From the human T2T-CHM13v2.0 reference genome, Homo sapiens, in NCBI RefSeq assembly GCF_009914755.1, contig NC_060940.1: a stretch of DNA of 64,000 nucleotides; one strand, given 5' to 3'. The notes beneath the pieces are model-generated. The model saw only the letters and a list, made by a program, of their open reading frames with translations. It was not told where the DNA came from and searched no databases. Every line of letters begins with the position of its first letter. Position 1 is the first letter of the stretch. This document shows positions 39,803-51,729 of the stretch, one piece after another. Position numbers and translations under genes: made by a program.

Positions 39803-42504
39803 AATGAGGAACGATCTCTAGCCTTACAAGCAGATTCTACGCGCCCAGGTCCACACACCTACACATTCAATTGAATGAAAGGATGAGGTCACCCCCTAGT
39901 AAGTTGGGAGGCATGATAGGGAACAAACTGCGGCCTCCCTGCCTCCACACTCCCACTCCGTTCAGTTGTTCTGACTTGCTCCACATGCAGGCTCGGGACT
40001 TCCCACAGTGATCAGGTTGGCCCTGGACAGCAATTCCAAAGAATGAGCCTGCCTCACCAAGTCAGAGGCTCAGGACAAAGCTCCAGTTTTATCACATGTA
40101 TCCCTTTCTCTTATTCAGCAAAACTGGGTGCATCCTGACCCATAATTGTTACCTTCATCTACCTGAGCTCCTGATCCTTTTCCCCCAACTATCCTTCTGC
40201 TAGGCTCCTGGGCACCATACTCTGCTTGTCTGCGCTTCTGTTGTAGAGCTAAGTGGGTGGAGATGAAGATGCTGCTGTTCCACTGTGGGTCTGGTAAATG
40301 GAGAGATTGGGGCATACTGTCCCTTAGCCCGAAGCTCACTCACCTTTCATCAACATGGTCCTTCTTTGAAAGAAGACCTTTCTCACTTCTATCCAAGCAA
40401 GAGAAGAATCAAACAGATCCTGAAATGACTGCTTTGATCATTAGTAATTATTTCATCTTATTTACCTTTCTGAGAGTGGGGAGAGAAATTTTTGCTAACT
40501 GAATTAATCCCTCCCAAGAAATACCAACCTCACCTCCATGTTACATATGGCTTTCCCTTAAAAAAGAAAGGTAATAACAATCAAGGCAGGATATTTTTAT
40601 TAAGATGCAAATTTTCATTTCAGGAAAGAAAATGACACTAAGAAACTTGTAGGGGCCCTCGTGTATCCTCTCCCTACTATCTTCTGTCATTCTTCTGGAG
40701 TACGGCTGTGGTGCTGGCCCCAAGTTTATCCATTCCATTGTGGATTATGTGGCAAGATTTCAGTATTTCTACCTCCTGTCCATAAATCAGTGTTTTTGAA
40801 CCACGACACATGCATATGCAACTAAATGCTCATAGGTATACACACCTACATATTCAAATCTATACTATACCTACACACGTGCATGCATACACATACATGT
40901 GCAAATATGTATGCATATGCATAGCAAAAATGCTAGGCATTTGCAGCAAATATGTTCACATGGTCCATAACACTGTCTGCAGGTACAAACATACATTTAC
41001 ATACTTGCTTTACTTCTATGACGGATTCACAGGCATTCAGAATTTATAACTAAACTGAACATAGCACAGGTGAGCATTCAAACACAATCACTCCACAGCT
41101 ATATATTCAAACTTCCTCCTGCACATGAGTATTTATCTAACACCAAGAATAAAGTCTTCAGTCTTAACACCAAAATGAAAGTAGCAAAGTCACCAAGAAG
41201 TTGTGAGCTGCATTTGCGAACCCTTCAATATATTCCTGCTACCCAGTCACCTGAATAGAAGTTCCCAGGCAGCCAGAGATGGCACCAGGGGAGTATGTTT
41301 GTCTGCGATTACCTCCCGTTATATTTCTGTCCAGCTAAATAACATTCAAACATGACAGTTGGTTGCGGACACATCTCAGGAACTGTGGAAACAACCCAAG
41401 CAACCTCATTTCCAACTATCTGACCTCTGGATATCAGTCCCAGGATGCCATAAGAAAAAAAATAATAAGGGCATTTCTGTGGGCTGTTTCTAGTCAACTC
41501 GGTGTGTGCCCATGCATATGCCGGAATACATAGTAATAAAAAGCTGGTTAAATGCTGGTCCTTTGCAATACTGGCTATTTCCAAGGAAGAGAGCTTTCAG
41601 GTGTGCAATGCCATTTGCCCTTTGGACTAACAAGCAAAGCAGACCTAACTTCACCTGCTTCATGGTCTCACTTAGATAACAATGTTAACAAATGATATCT
41701 CAGAGACCTTTGAACAAAATCTGACATTTTCAGTGACTCTCCCACCATGAATCCATCACCCCCTTCGATGTAGATATGCTAAAATGTATAAAAGGCATAT
41801 TCAAAGGCCAAAATCTTATAGTCTTTTGCCCAAGGTCCCTAATATGTGTATGACAGAGTCTATGTATATTTAGCTTCTTCCATCTTTTAGGAATACATGA
41901 TCATGTATATATGAACAGTTCCGGGTCTGATCTGAGCGGGTTGTCTTCGGTGTAAACCAGAGCTCCAGAGAAAGGAGGGTAGACATATTGGTTTGTTTGC
42001 TGGGGAACCAAATTGAGACAGACTCTACACAGATGTGATTGTGACAACACTTTTTGCCCGCCTAAGCGAGCCATAGAGCCGTCTCCAGAGCTGCCGGTGC
42101 CTTTAAGAAGACTCGGTCTTTCGGGTCTTCTTTTTCCCCAATGGGCTCCAGTGGTGCCCGCAGCAAAAGGCAAACTTGCCTGGCTCATGGGGTGAAAGGG
42201 AGGATTGAAGAATGCCGCGTTGGGTGGGTGCTGAGGGAGCGCCAGAGTGCGCTACGGGCTTCGCTCCCCTTCCCCTTTCCTTAACCCTTCCTAGAGCGGA
42301 GGAACCGGGTCGTGCTGCAGCGCCCAGGAGCCAGGGCGCTGACTGTCCTCGGCTCCAGAAACTTTGCGCGGAGAGTGGGCTTGACTGGGCAGAGCCGAGC
42401 CGGCTGGCTGACCCGGGAAGGAACGGGGGAAGGGCGGGGTGAGGGAAGAAAGACCCTTTAGCACCCCGGGTTTCTAGCCCGGGAGGCGGTGTGCAGCTGC
42501 ATGA

Positions 42505-42610
42505 GGGAGCTGTCCCTTCGGCACCACGGACCTTAAAGCCTAGGCGTTAAGACGACGGAGGCGGGGCAACAGGCGGGGAGCTGTCCCTTCAGCACCACGG
42601 ACCTTGGCGC
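42505..42610 (+). promoter_or_regulatory. Two tandem RE1/NRSE (REST)-like elements
   Basis: TTCGGCACCACGGAC at 42517-42531 and TTCAGCACCACGGAC at 42588-42602, compared with the RE1 consensus TTCAGCACCNNGGACAGCGCC. Confidence 0.7.
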
Positions 42611-42794
42611 CCCCAGGGAAACCAGCCGGCCCCCGCCCCAGGACTCTGTCTTTTCTCCAGTTTGAGCGGGGGTGTCGGGAGCAGGCGGAGAGCTTTCCTG
42701 CGAGGCTGTGGAAGCAGTGAACACTCTTCTCAGCGGCTCGCCTCCCAGCAGTGCTATTTTTTGCCATCCGCCCTCACCCCCAGCACACGCGCTC

Positions 42795-42842
42795 GCACAC
42801 ACACGCACGCACGCACACACACACACACACACACTCACACAG
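42795..42842. repeat. (CA)/(CACG) repeat in the CACNG3 5' region
   Basis: Read directly from the sequence; alternating purine-pyrimidine. Confidence 0.9.
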
Positions 42843-43250
42843 AGACCTCTCTGGGTTTCTTTGCCTTGAGTCTCCCGGGGCTGTGAGAAGCCAGGCGCAT
42901 CTCAAACCGAGCTGGCAGCTCCAGGCTCCGGAGCCATGCCCTGCACGGACCCTCGTCTTTACCACGCTCCTGAGGAATGAAAGGAACCCAGGGACCCTCA
43001 GAAGGCAGCAGTGATGCGGACCAACCCCCCGGAGCCTGCACCCTTCCGAGGGCCATAGGCGACCCAGGGAACTGGAGAGAGCTCCAGAAAGGAAATCCCA
43101 GCTTTCCCAAAGTCCCTGTGGATGCTGACAAAAGGAGACCTGAATTTTTGGAAGAGCCTGTACTAGGTTACCCGGCTGCAGAGTGATTTTCCCCTCCGGC
43201 ACTGACTCTCCCCCTCCAACCCCCAGCCGTCCAGAGTACCATGAAGAATT

Positions 43251-43461
43251 ATGAGGATGTGTGACAGAGGTATCCAGATGTTGATCACCACTGTAGGAGC
43301 CTTTGCCGCTTTTAGTTTAATGACCATTGCAGTGGGCACGGACTACTGGTTATATTCCAGAGGTGTGTGCAGGACTAAATCTACAAGTGATAATGAAACC
43401 AGCAGGAAGAATGAAGAAGTAATGACCCATTCGGGGCTGTGGAGGACCTGCTGCCTAGAAG
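43251..43461 (+). CDS. CACNG3: Voltage-dependent calcium channel gamma-3 / TARP gamma-3, coding exon 1 (70 codons + 1 nt)
   Basis: Translates [70 protein letters not shown]: TM1, the claudin/PMP22-family W-GLW-C-C signature and the N-glycosylation sequon NET. The donor is GAAG|GTATTT at 43461/43462 (phase 1). Remaining exons lie outside the window. Confidence 0.97.
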
Positions 43462-43809
43462 GTATTTACAATTTCCTCTCAATAGCTCTGAATAATCCAG
43501 TTCTGATATTCTGGTGGGTGTTTGGAGGAGATGGAAATGGTGATAAGGAAAGAAGAGAAGTTCAAATTATTGCTGAGAATGTGCAGGTGCCCAGACTCTG
43601 TTAACAGCAAGACTGACGCCATGTGGGTTAAAGGGGTTGGGTCTTGTTGATTGTTTTTAGTATAAGCTTCATGAGATGAGATTTTTGTCACACTCTAGGC
43701 AGCTTCTGCAGTTTAGAAAAGTCTTCAAATCCAAAATCCCTAGGCATATTGTCAGCTGCTTGGATCTCTGGCTTGAGATGGGGTCTTTAACCCTGCTTAA
43801 ATTGGATTT

Positions 43810-43865
43810 CGAAGGGAGGGGGAGGGAAGGGAGGAGAAGGGACAAGAGGAAGGAAGTGAGGGGGG

Positions 43866-43919
<54 letters not shown>
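43810..43919. repeat. Polypurine tract: G-runs followed by (GA)n
   Basis: Read directly from the sequence. Confidence 0.9.
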
Positions 43920-43922
<3 letters not shown>

Positions 43923-46548
43923 TGACCCGGTCTGGCACATTCTGAGCTATTTCATTATTTCTCAACATAGACTTATCAGTTTCTCCTGAGTTTGCTCTAA
44001 CTAGATATTGTCATGAACTTCCACTGCCAATCAGTAACAGGGTAACATATGTAAACCCCTACTCCCACCCACACCCTATGCACACATTTTAAGAAAAAAT
44101 CCTTATTGATACATGTTTTATTAGTTTGGATCACAACAAAACTGAAGTCTTGGTATTTTGTATCCACCTGTCTTCATTCCTAAATCATTCCCAAACCCCT
44201 AAAAAGGTATTTCCATGACATTTACAAAAGACTGATTCTCCAAGAATTGCAGTTCGTCATTTCTAGTTCTAAAAATTAGGGAGTAGTTATAACTTATAAT
44301 GAAGAAGAAAGAGCAATTTAAAAATATAAAGCCCTTTTGTAGCCTAACACACTATTAAACTTGCTTTCACCACACCAGAAGTCACTCTCAGCACCAGTAG
44401 GCAATGCTTGGATATCACTGGGAGTAAATAGAAAGATAAGGAAGAAAATCAAAGCTCTTTGGAGCCTATGTGCCTGAGGGAAGTCACTGGATTAGAGGGG
44501 CAGTAGGGGTTTTCTTAGGCTTCCGAGAAATCTGTGAAGCTTGTCACAGTGGTGGGCAAGGAAATCTGCGTTTCCTGTGTGGTCCCCTCCCCTGCTTGCC
44601 ATTGGTTCTTCACACTGCATTTTCACTGGCTGGCATTTGTCAGGGCTTCTTGAGAACTTGCATTTATGTAAATCGCTTGGGAAATCATGCTATGACATCA
44701 CTTGCCAGTGTAATATTGCATCATTCTCTGGCCTTTTTCCCATGTCCTGACACTTTGAACAACTGCTCTCCTGACCGTAGCGCTACTACAATTGATTCTG
44801 TTTCTAACACAAATTTGCAACTGGTGGGAAGCCCAGGTAGGAAAGGGCTACCTTTAATGCAGCAAGGATCATGTGAAGTCAGAAGACCTGGGTAATGCTG
44901 CAAAGTATCGCTGTGGCCTTGGTTAAGACATTTACCCTCTCCAACTCTCAGTTTATTCATCTGGGAAATGATACGTTTGGATTAGGTGGTCTTGAATTAA
45001 CATTATCTAAAGCTTATACTGTATTCAATATACTGACAGAAATTCTAGAATAATTATTTCCTAAACAATGACAAAAGTTGGATATTTGTGAGCATTTGTG
45101 ATTGGGTATGGTGAAGTCATTTACCTCAGGGAAATTCCATATTTCCCTTTCTTATATTGGCTATAAGGAATTGAATTATCTTTTGTAAAACTGATTTGGT
45201 GGATGTTGCGATATCTACATGGTTCTAGAGATGGCATAGAAGTTCTAAGGTTCCTCCAAGCCAAAAATGGCACATATGTATACAGTGCTTTAGCCATTTC
45301 CAATTCTTCTGCCTCTGGGAATCAAACCTGAGAATGCACAATTAAAAATGAAGTTTGACGTTCCTCATTATGATCTATGAAAAAAATATATATCTATAAG
45401 AGCAGAGGTAGGACCTAAAATTTCTAAACACTTGCTAAGAATTTCTCAACTGATGATTTCTCTTTTTTCCAACATCAAGTCCTACACCCACAGTTTGTAC
45501 AAGGAATTGAAACCCCAGCCAGGCATTCTGTAGGCTTAGTGGGAGAAGTGAGAAATTGAATCAAGAAGGAATTGGATGAATTGAAGACATAACCTTGGGC
45601 AGGTGAATTCTATTGAGAAAATGTGTTGCAGTCCCCATACAACTTGGCCTGGCTTTTTTTGTTGTTGTTCACTTTTTTGAAGTATTAAATACAGTAAGAT
45701 GCACAAATCACAATGAATCACAATAAAATATTAGCTATGGCTGCACCCATGTAATTAACACCTAGGTGGGTCCTGGCTGAAATTTGAAGCCAAGATGTGT
45801 ACTAAACACATCAAGTGTTTGGGGAATTTGCAGAAGCCTCTGATTTCTGCATGGGAAGTCACATGCAGTTGGTAGCATCCATCCCAGGCATTTCCATCCT
45901 TTGCTAGAATGAAGATGAACAGTCCTTTCCCATTCAGTATTTCTTACCTACACCTGAGCCTCAAAATCCTCATTTTCTGGTCCTTTAAGTGTCAAATGAA
46001 AACTGGGGGTTTTCGTAGCTCCATTTTCTTAGAGGTCAAATTAGAAATGTTTGTTCTTCTGTGCTTTTTTAAAGAGCCATGAGACAATGTGATTATTTTA
46101 TCCAAAAGAAGAGAATGCCAAGGAGAACATGACAGCTGTCTGCAAATATCTGAAGGGCTGTCATATGAAAGAGAGATTTGAGATGTTCTGTGTGGCCTCA
46201 AGGAGGTAGAAGTAGGAGCTAGAGGAAACCAGGTTTTACCTCAATATAAATAACTATCCAATGTGGAATGGGAAGCTTTGGCAGGTGATGGGTCTTCCAA
46301 CACCAAAAATATTCAAGAATAAGCAAACTACATCGTTTCCCAACTTTGCTGGTCATCAGATTCTCATGAGGAACTTTTAAAAAATTAGATTATCAGGGGC
46401 TCCACAACTAGATTCCCTGCTTCCATAGGTCTGAGGTAGACCAGGAAAATCTGAGTTTTCTAAAGGTGCTCCAAGCAATTATGATGTTAAAGCCAACATG
46501 TATTGGTATTTGCACTGGTATTGACTATGTGTTTTAAGGATGATCCCA

Positions 46549-46622
46549 TCACTCAAGGAGGAGAAGGATGTTTCCAGTTTTCATTTCTGTAGGTAAGTTA
46601 TATCCTTCTCCTCCTTGAGTGA
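46549..46622. repeat. Perfect 21-bp inverted repeat with a 32-nt spacer
   Basis: TCACTCAAGGAGGAGAAGGAT (46549-46569) is the exact reverse complement of ATCCTTCTCCTCCTTGAGTGA (46602-46622). Confidence 0.97.
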
Positions 46623-46629
46623 CATGATC

Positions 46630-48166
46630 AGCCAAACCAAGTTTACCTTGTAGCTGAATTTGGCCCATGGGCTGCCAGTTTTGAGCCTTGTAAATTACCT
46701 AAATGGCATTTTTAATCCAAATTTCTGATATTTTTATATTTGACTCCTGAATTACTCTTTAATAGTCAATAATCACTTTTTCAACCCTTAAAAAATACCT
46801 AGGAAAAAATAAGCTAACCTACCAGAATATCCCTTACATTTAGCACTTACTATGTGCTCAGGCTGTTCGAAGAATTTTGAAAAATTAACTCTTTCATCTT
46901 CAAAGCAGCTCAGTTGTGTAGGTACTATTATTACCCTCATTTTACAGATGAGGAAACTGAGCCCTGGGGGATTTACATAACTTGCCCAAGGTCACACACC
47001 TAAACTCAGCAGGCAATACTTAACCTTAGTCGTGCTGCCTCTCTGAGTATTTGCTAGAAAACATTAATTCATGCTTTGGTGGGTAGCCTGCTACTGGTAC
47101 AAACATTAGTTTGTGAAAATGCCCAGGCACATGGGTTTTTCCATTCAGAAGTTTCAGATCTCAGAGCACTCACTGTGCCTGTGCAGCATCAGCAGGGATG
47201 CAGGAGACACCAGACACACACAAACTCAGAGGCAGCAAAGGACACGCTTTGCATGGAGAGACAATTGACCTGTGTAGAGACACCCACACTGGGAAGCCAA
47301 CAAGAACGCCCAACTCATTAACTGGAAAGCACGGGAGGCATTCACAAAGTAGAGCCCTAACCTGCTGCGTGTTATCAATAGTGGCCTGTGAATTTGAATG
47401 AGAACGTGTTCAATATGTGACTCTCTCATTAAGAAAACCTCATGAAGTCCTGGAGACAATCAAAGCAATGTATTTAGATAGCAGAAAGACCACCAGTCTA
47501 GTAGTGAGGAACCCTAAGTGTTCATCCCATTTCCATAACAACAGTTATGTGAATTGTGAATGTTATTTTCCCTCTTTGGACCTTAGTTTACCCAAATCTA
47601 AAATGAGAAATTTAGATAAGATTAGAGTAACAAATCCAAATGTTTGTGTAGATGAGGCAGCTAATGTAAAGTATGAAACAAGCATTTCCCAATCCTCTTA
47701 GCTCAATTCTCAGCAGGTTTGGAGGCGGGTAACGGTAGATTTGAGAAGATGTATTGTAACTGAAACTCGGTCTCAGTGTGGGGCAATAGGGAGTGGTGAG
47801 GACTGTGGCAAACTGGAAAACACAAGCCTCATCTGAAGGATGACTACTACTTGGCTTGATTTGATTTTTACCTTGGAGAAATAGACACCAAGTGTGGCCC
47901 AATATTCCAAGTAAAGAAAAGCCAGATGTAAAATATCTTGATTTTTAAAATGCAGGCAACTCTTTCAACTTTTTAAGAATATGATATTAGCCAAACCAAA
48001 TTTACCTTGTAGCTGAATTTGGTACATGGGCTGCCAGTTTTCAGCCTTGTAAATTACCTAAATAGCACTTTTAATATGAATTTCTGATGTTTTTATATTT
48101 GATTCCTGAATTACTCTTTATTAGTCAATAATCACTTTTTCAATTCATTAAAAAATACTTAGAAAA
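46630..48166 (+). repeat. Dispersed direct duplication of ~178 bp (46630-46807 and 47989-48166)
   Basis: Both copies start agccaaaccaa(g/a)tttaccttgtagctgaatttgg and align throughout at roughly 85-90% identity, estimated by eye. Confidence 0.9.
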
Positions 48167-51100
48167 GAAAGCCCACTTATTTAGGATTTTAAAACAAGGA
48201 ACTTAAAGTTATGGAGAAGAGGTTCAATAACTGATATTTCTGCTACAGATGGGCCAGGATGACATCAAACATCTCGCTGAAAAACTGGAGAAAAAAATTA
48301 GCCAGTCATTAGAAGTTCTCCCATATTTCCAAAACTCCAGATGGTTGACTTTTTCAGCCAGACGGGGTTTCAGCTTTATTTATGTTGTCTGAAAACCTTC
48401 AGGGAAGCTGCAAAGATGTGGTTGAGGATGGAGGTGAGGAAAAGACATAACATTTATTAACTATTCTGTATGTGCCAAGCTCTGTGCTAGGTGCTTTTGT
48501 ACATGTTAACTCATACTTTTCATATCTCCTGTCTCCGCCCAAGTAGAATGTGGAATCTGTAAGGACAGGGATTATTGTCTTTGGGGCACTGCTCTACCCC
48601 TAAAACTTAGAAACAGTACCCAGTCATCACTTCCGCACCTGCAGTCCTAGATTTAATGCTGCACCCTCCCTCAGACATGGGTTCAGAATGTGCTGGAGTT
48701 CTCTTACTCTCTTCCCTACTCCTGACCTTCTCCCAGTTCCTTTTTCTGTATTCTTCCTCCTTGCCACTAAAGCCTGAGAGGCAGATGGAAGAGAGAAATG
48801 GGATGGAGTCTTAAGGCAGGATGGGAGGGAGTGACCCTGACTGCGTTTGAGGGTTGAGTCAGGATTGGGCAGGTGGTAGAGGTCAGAGTATGAACATGAC
48901 TAATAGTCAGACAGAATGTGTCCATAGCGCCATACTGGTTGTTAAAATGTTAAAATACTTTCCTATGTCTTGATAAACAACAACTGGCCCAAGTCTTTCA
49001 CCAACTCCCCACCACCACTGCACCTACCCTAGCCCTTACTGGGGCTGCTCAGATCCATTAGGTAAAGGGTGAAGACCTGGCCCCACAGATGTCATCGTGA
49101 CCTTGCTCTGGCCCTACAAAACCATTCATTCTGATTGTCTGGTCTTGTGTCCCATTGGTTGTTACATATTTTAAATCTCATTCCCAGTCGTATCATCATC
49201 GGTGGAAAGAAACTTACTCCTCTTCTTTCTTCCTCAAACCCAATCTTCTACCTGACTGTGGGATTCCACCTACCTTAGGAAGTAGATGCCTTGAGAATAC
49301 TTTCAGTTGTTTCAATCTCTGAAATTTTATCTTCTGGATTAGAATAAAGGCAAGTGACCTTCATTCCAAGGTTGGGTGACCAGTGTGGGTTATTTGTATG
49401 GATAACTAGTGTGTGTCAAGAAAAAAATAAAACAAGAACTTAGGCAAAAACATGACTGTGTTCTTTAAATGTTCACATAGAGCACAGTGAAACAAGCTTA
49501 CCCAAGGGATCATCTGACCCTCAGGGGAAATGTAACTTTGATTGACTCAGCTTTTAGTACAGATTGAGGCCTGGTTGCTACAAAGTTAGATATTTACTTG
49601 TAGAAAACTGAGAAAATGCACATAATTTTTTTGTTCAGTAGATGTGCATGTGATTTTCATTCATTAGAGGAGATAACCCCAAATGTTGTGGATTTATTCT
49701 CTCCTCTCCTGAATATTATTCAGTTTTATATTACTTTAGTAATCTTATTTCAAAACCTTTTCACTGAAAAAAAAATAGAACATCCTCCTTTGAACTAGTT
49801 TTGTCATTCTGCCGGTTCCTCACTGCTGAATTGAACAAAACTTGACATGAGCTATGTATTTTAGGAGAATTATGTTTTTAATAATTTAACATTTCTTTGA
49901 CATATGGAAGCATCATCCAATGAAAACAATGTTTCTGAGGTTAAACAGAAGTGTAGAAAACCCCAAGGTTGTTTTAATTTTCTCCCATCTCATAACCCTG
50001 CCACAGCACACTTTTTCAATGTAGGAACAAATAGGGCTTTAATAAGTTAATGAAAGACCACAGAGAATATGGGATATAGCAGGGGCTTTGGGAGCAGGTG
50101 GACCTGGGGGCTTATGTGGATCCTGTTATTTACTGACTATGAGACCTTGAAAGTTACCTACCCTCTGAGTGCTAATTTACTTACCTGTGAAATGGGGAAA
50201 TAAACATAGCAAGTGCCATCAACTGTTTCTGTTTTAATTCTTGTGTTTCCTTCATTTCTTCTTACCTCTAAATAACATGTTGACCATTAGTTCTTGATTT
50301 ATGCATTTCTACACAAGATCCATTTGCTAAGACAAACAATAAGTTAGCTTTCTTATACAAGTTCTCTCCTTCCTCCCAATACTTGTAGTTCCTCAGTGAG
50401 GTACCTGTGGCTCCAAGAAGAATCATTCATAATGATTGAGTGCTGGATTGGACACTTGCTTAAGCAGCATGGCTGCTCATGTGCCCACCTCAGCAAGGGA
50501 CTTGGAGGGAACAACAGAGCTAAGAGGAGGCATGGGATTGGAGTAGCTTGTTTGGAATGGTGAAGTTCTGTGTGTGGATTGGATCTGGGAGTGGGCAGCT
50601 GAGCTGCCACCCTTGTGTTCATATCTCACCTGGGAGAGCAGCCCATTAACCAAGAAAACTCTAACCCGGCTGCACGATGCTTGTGAAGATGTTGCCCTAT
50701 ACGAGGCTGCCTGGCCGAGGGGTCGAGTAGGGGCTGAGAGTTAGCCCACGCTCCGCTCACCAAACCATGCACCTTGGTTCCGAACTGACTCTATCCAAAG
50801 GGAGGAGGGTGTGTAATAAATGTTCGCAGGGTACTGTATGGGTCAACTACAGTCTCAGCAACATGGGCTGTATGTTTTCAGTGGAAGGAGCCAGGCAGGA
50901 TGGAAAAGACTAGACCAGAGTCAGAGATTCCACACCAGGAAAGGAAGTTGCAGTAGGAAGGTACCATAGGACCCTCCAATAACCAATGCATGTAACTCCA
51001 CAAGACAGTCAGCACGCAGATCCCTGCTACACAGAGCGCCTGGCAATTGATGTTAGCCAGAGAAGCAGTGACAGCAAACAAGAAAGGTTTACAGCCTCGC

Positions 51101-51419
51101 CCAGCTAAGTGAAGTGGCATGTTGGCCTTTTCTTTCTTCCTGCTCCCTGCAGGAACATACATACAGAAGGTGCTAGAATCTAAACGAGGAAGGAGCAGGG
51201 ATAGTGATTTGAATTCAACATGCAATTTGAAATGTTAGACAAAACTGGAAGTTTTAACAACCAAAAGTGACTGGGAAGTTATGAAATCTGCCTAAACTGT
51301 CAGTAAGAAAATGAAGGATTTGATATAACACAGTTGAAAGCCAAACTAAAACTGGTGCATGTTTATATCCCACTAAATTGAGACACATCAATAAACATAA
51401 ATAATGTCACCATGCTTCA

Positions 51420-51729
<310 letters not shown>

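Larger units (their letters stand above)
42040..43070 (+). promoter_or_regulatory. CACNG3: CpG-rich promoter/5'UTR region of CACNG3
   Basis: GC and CpG density rise sharply relative to the flanks. GC boxes (GGGCGGGG at ~42432, CCCCGCCCC at ~42631) lie immediately 5' of coding exon 1. The exact TSS cannot be read from sequence. Confidence 0.85.

Noticed and set aside
42454-42610. 30-bp direct repeats with a ~41-nt spacer, superficially CRISPR-like
   Set aside because: Only two full copies, in a eukaryotic promoter with no cas genes. They are better explained as duplicated RE1 elements.
43462-43604. C-terminal 47 codons of track ORF 43251..43604
   Set aside because: This is read-through past the GT donor at 43462; TARP similarity stops at CCLEG.
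50767-50783. Minus-strand TTCGGAACCAAGG resembling an RE1 left half
   Set aside because: Too many mismatches and no right half-site.
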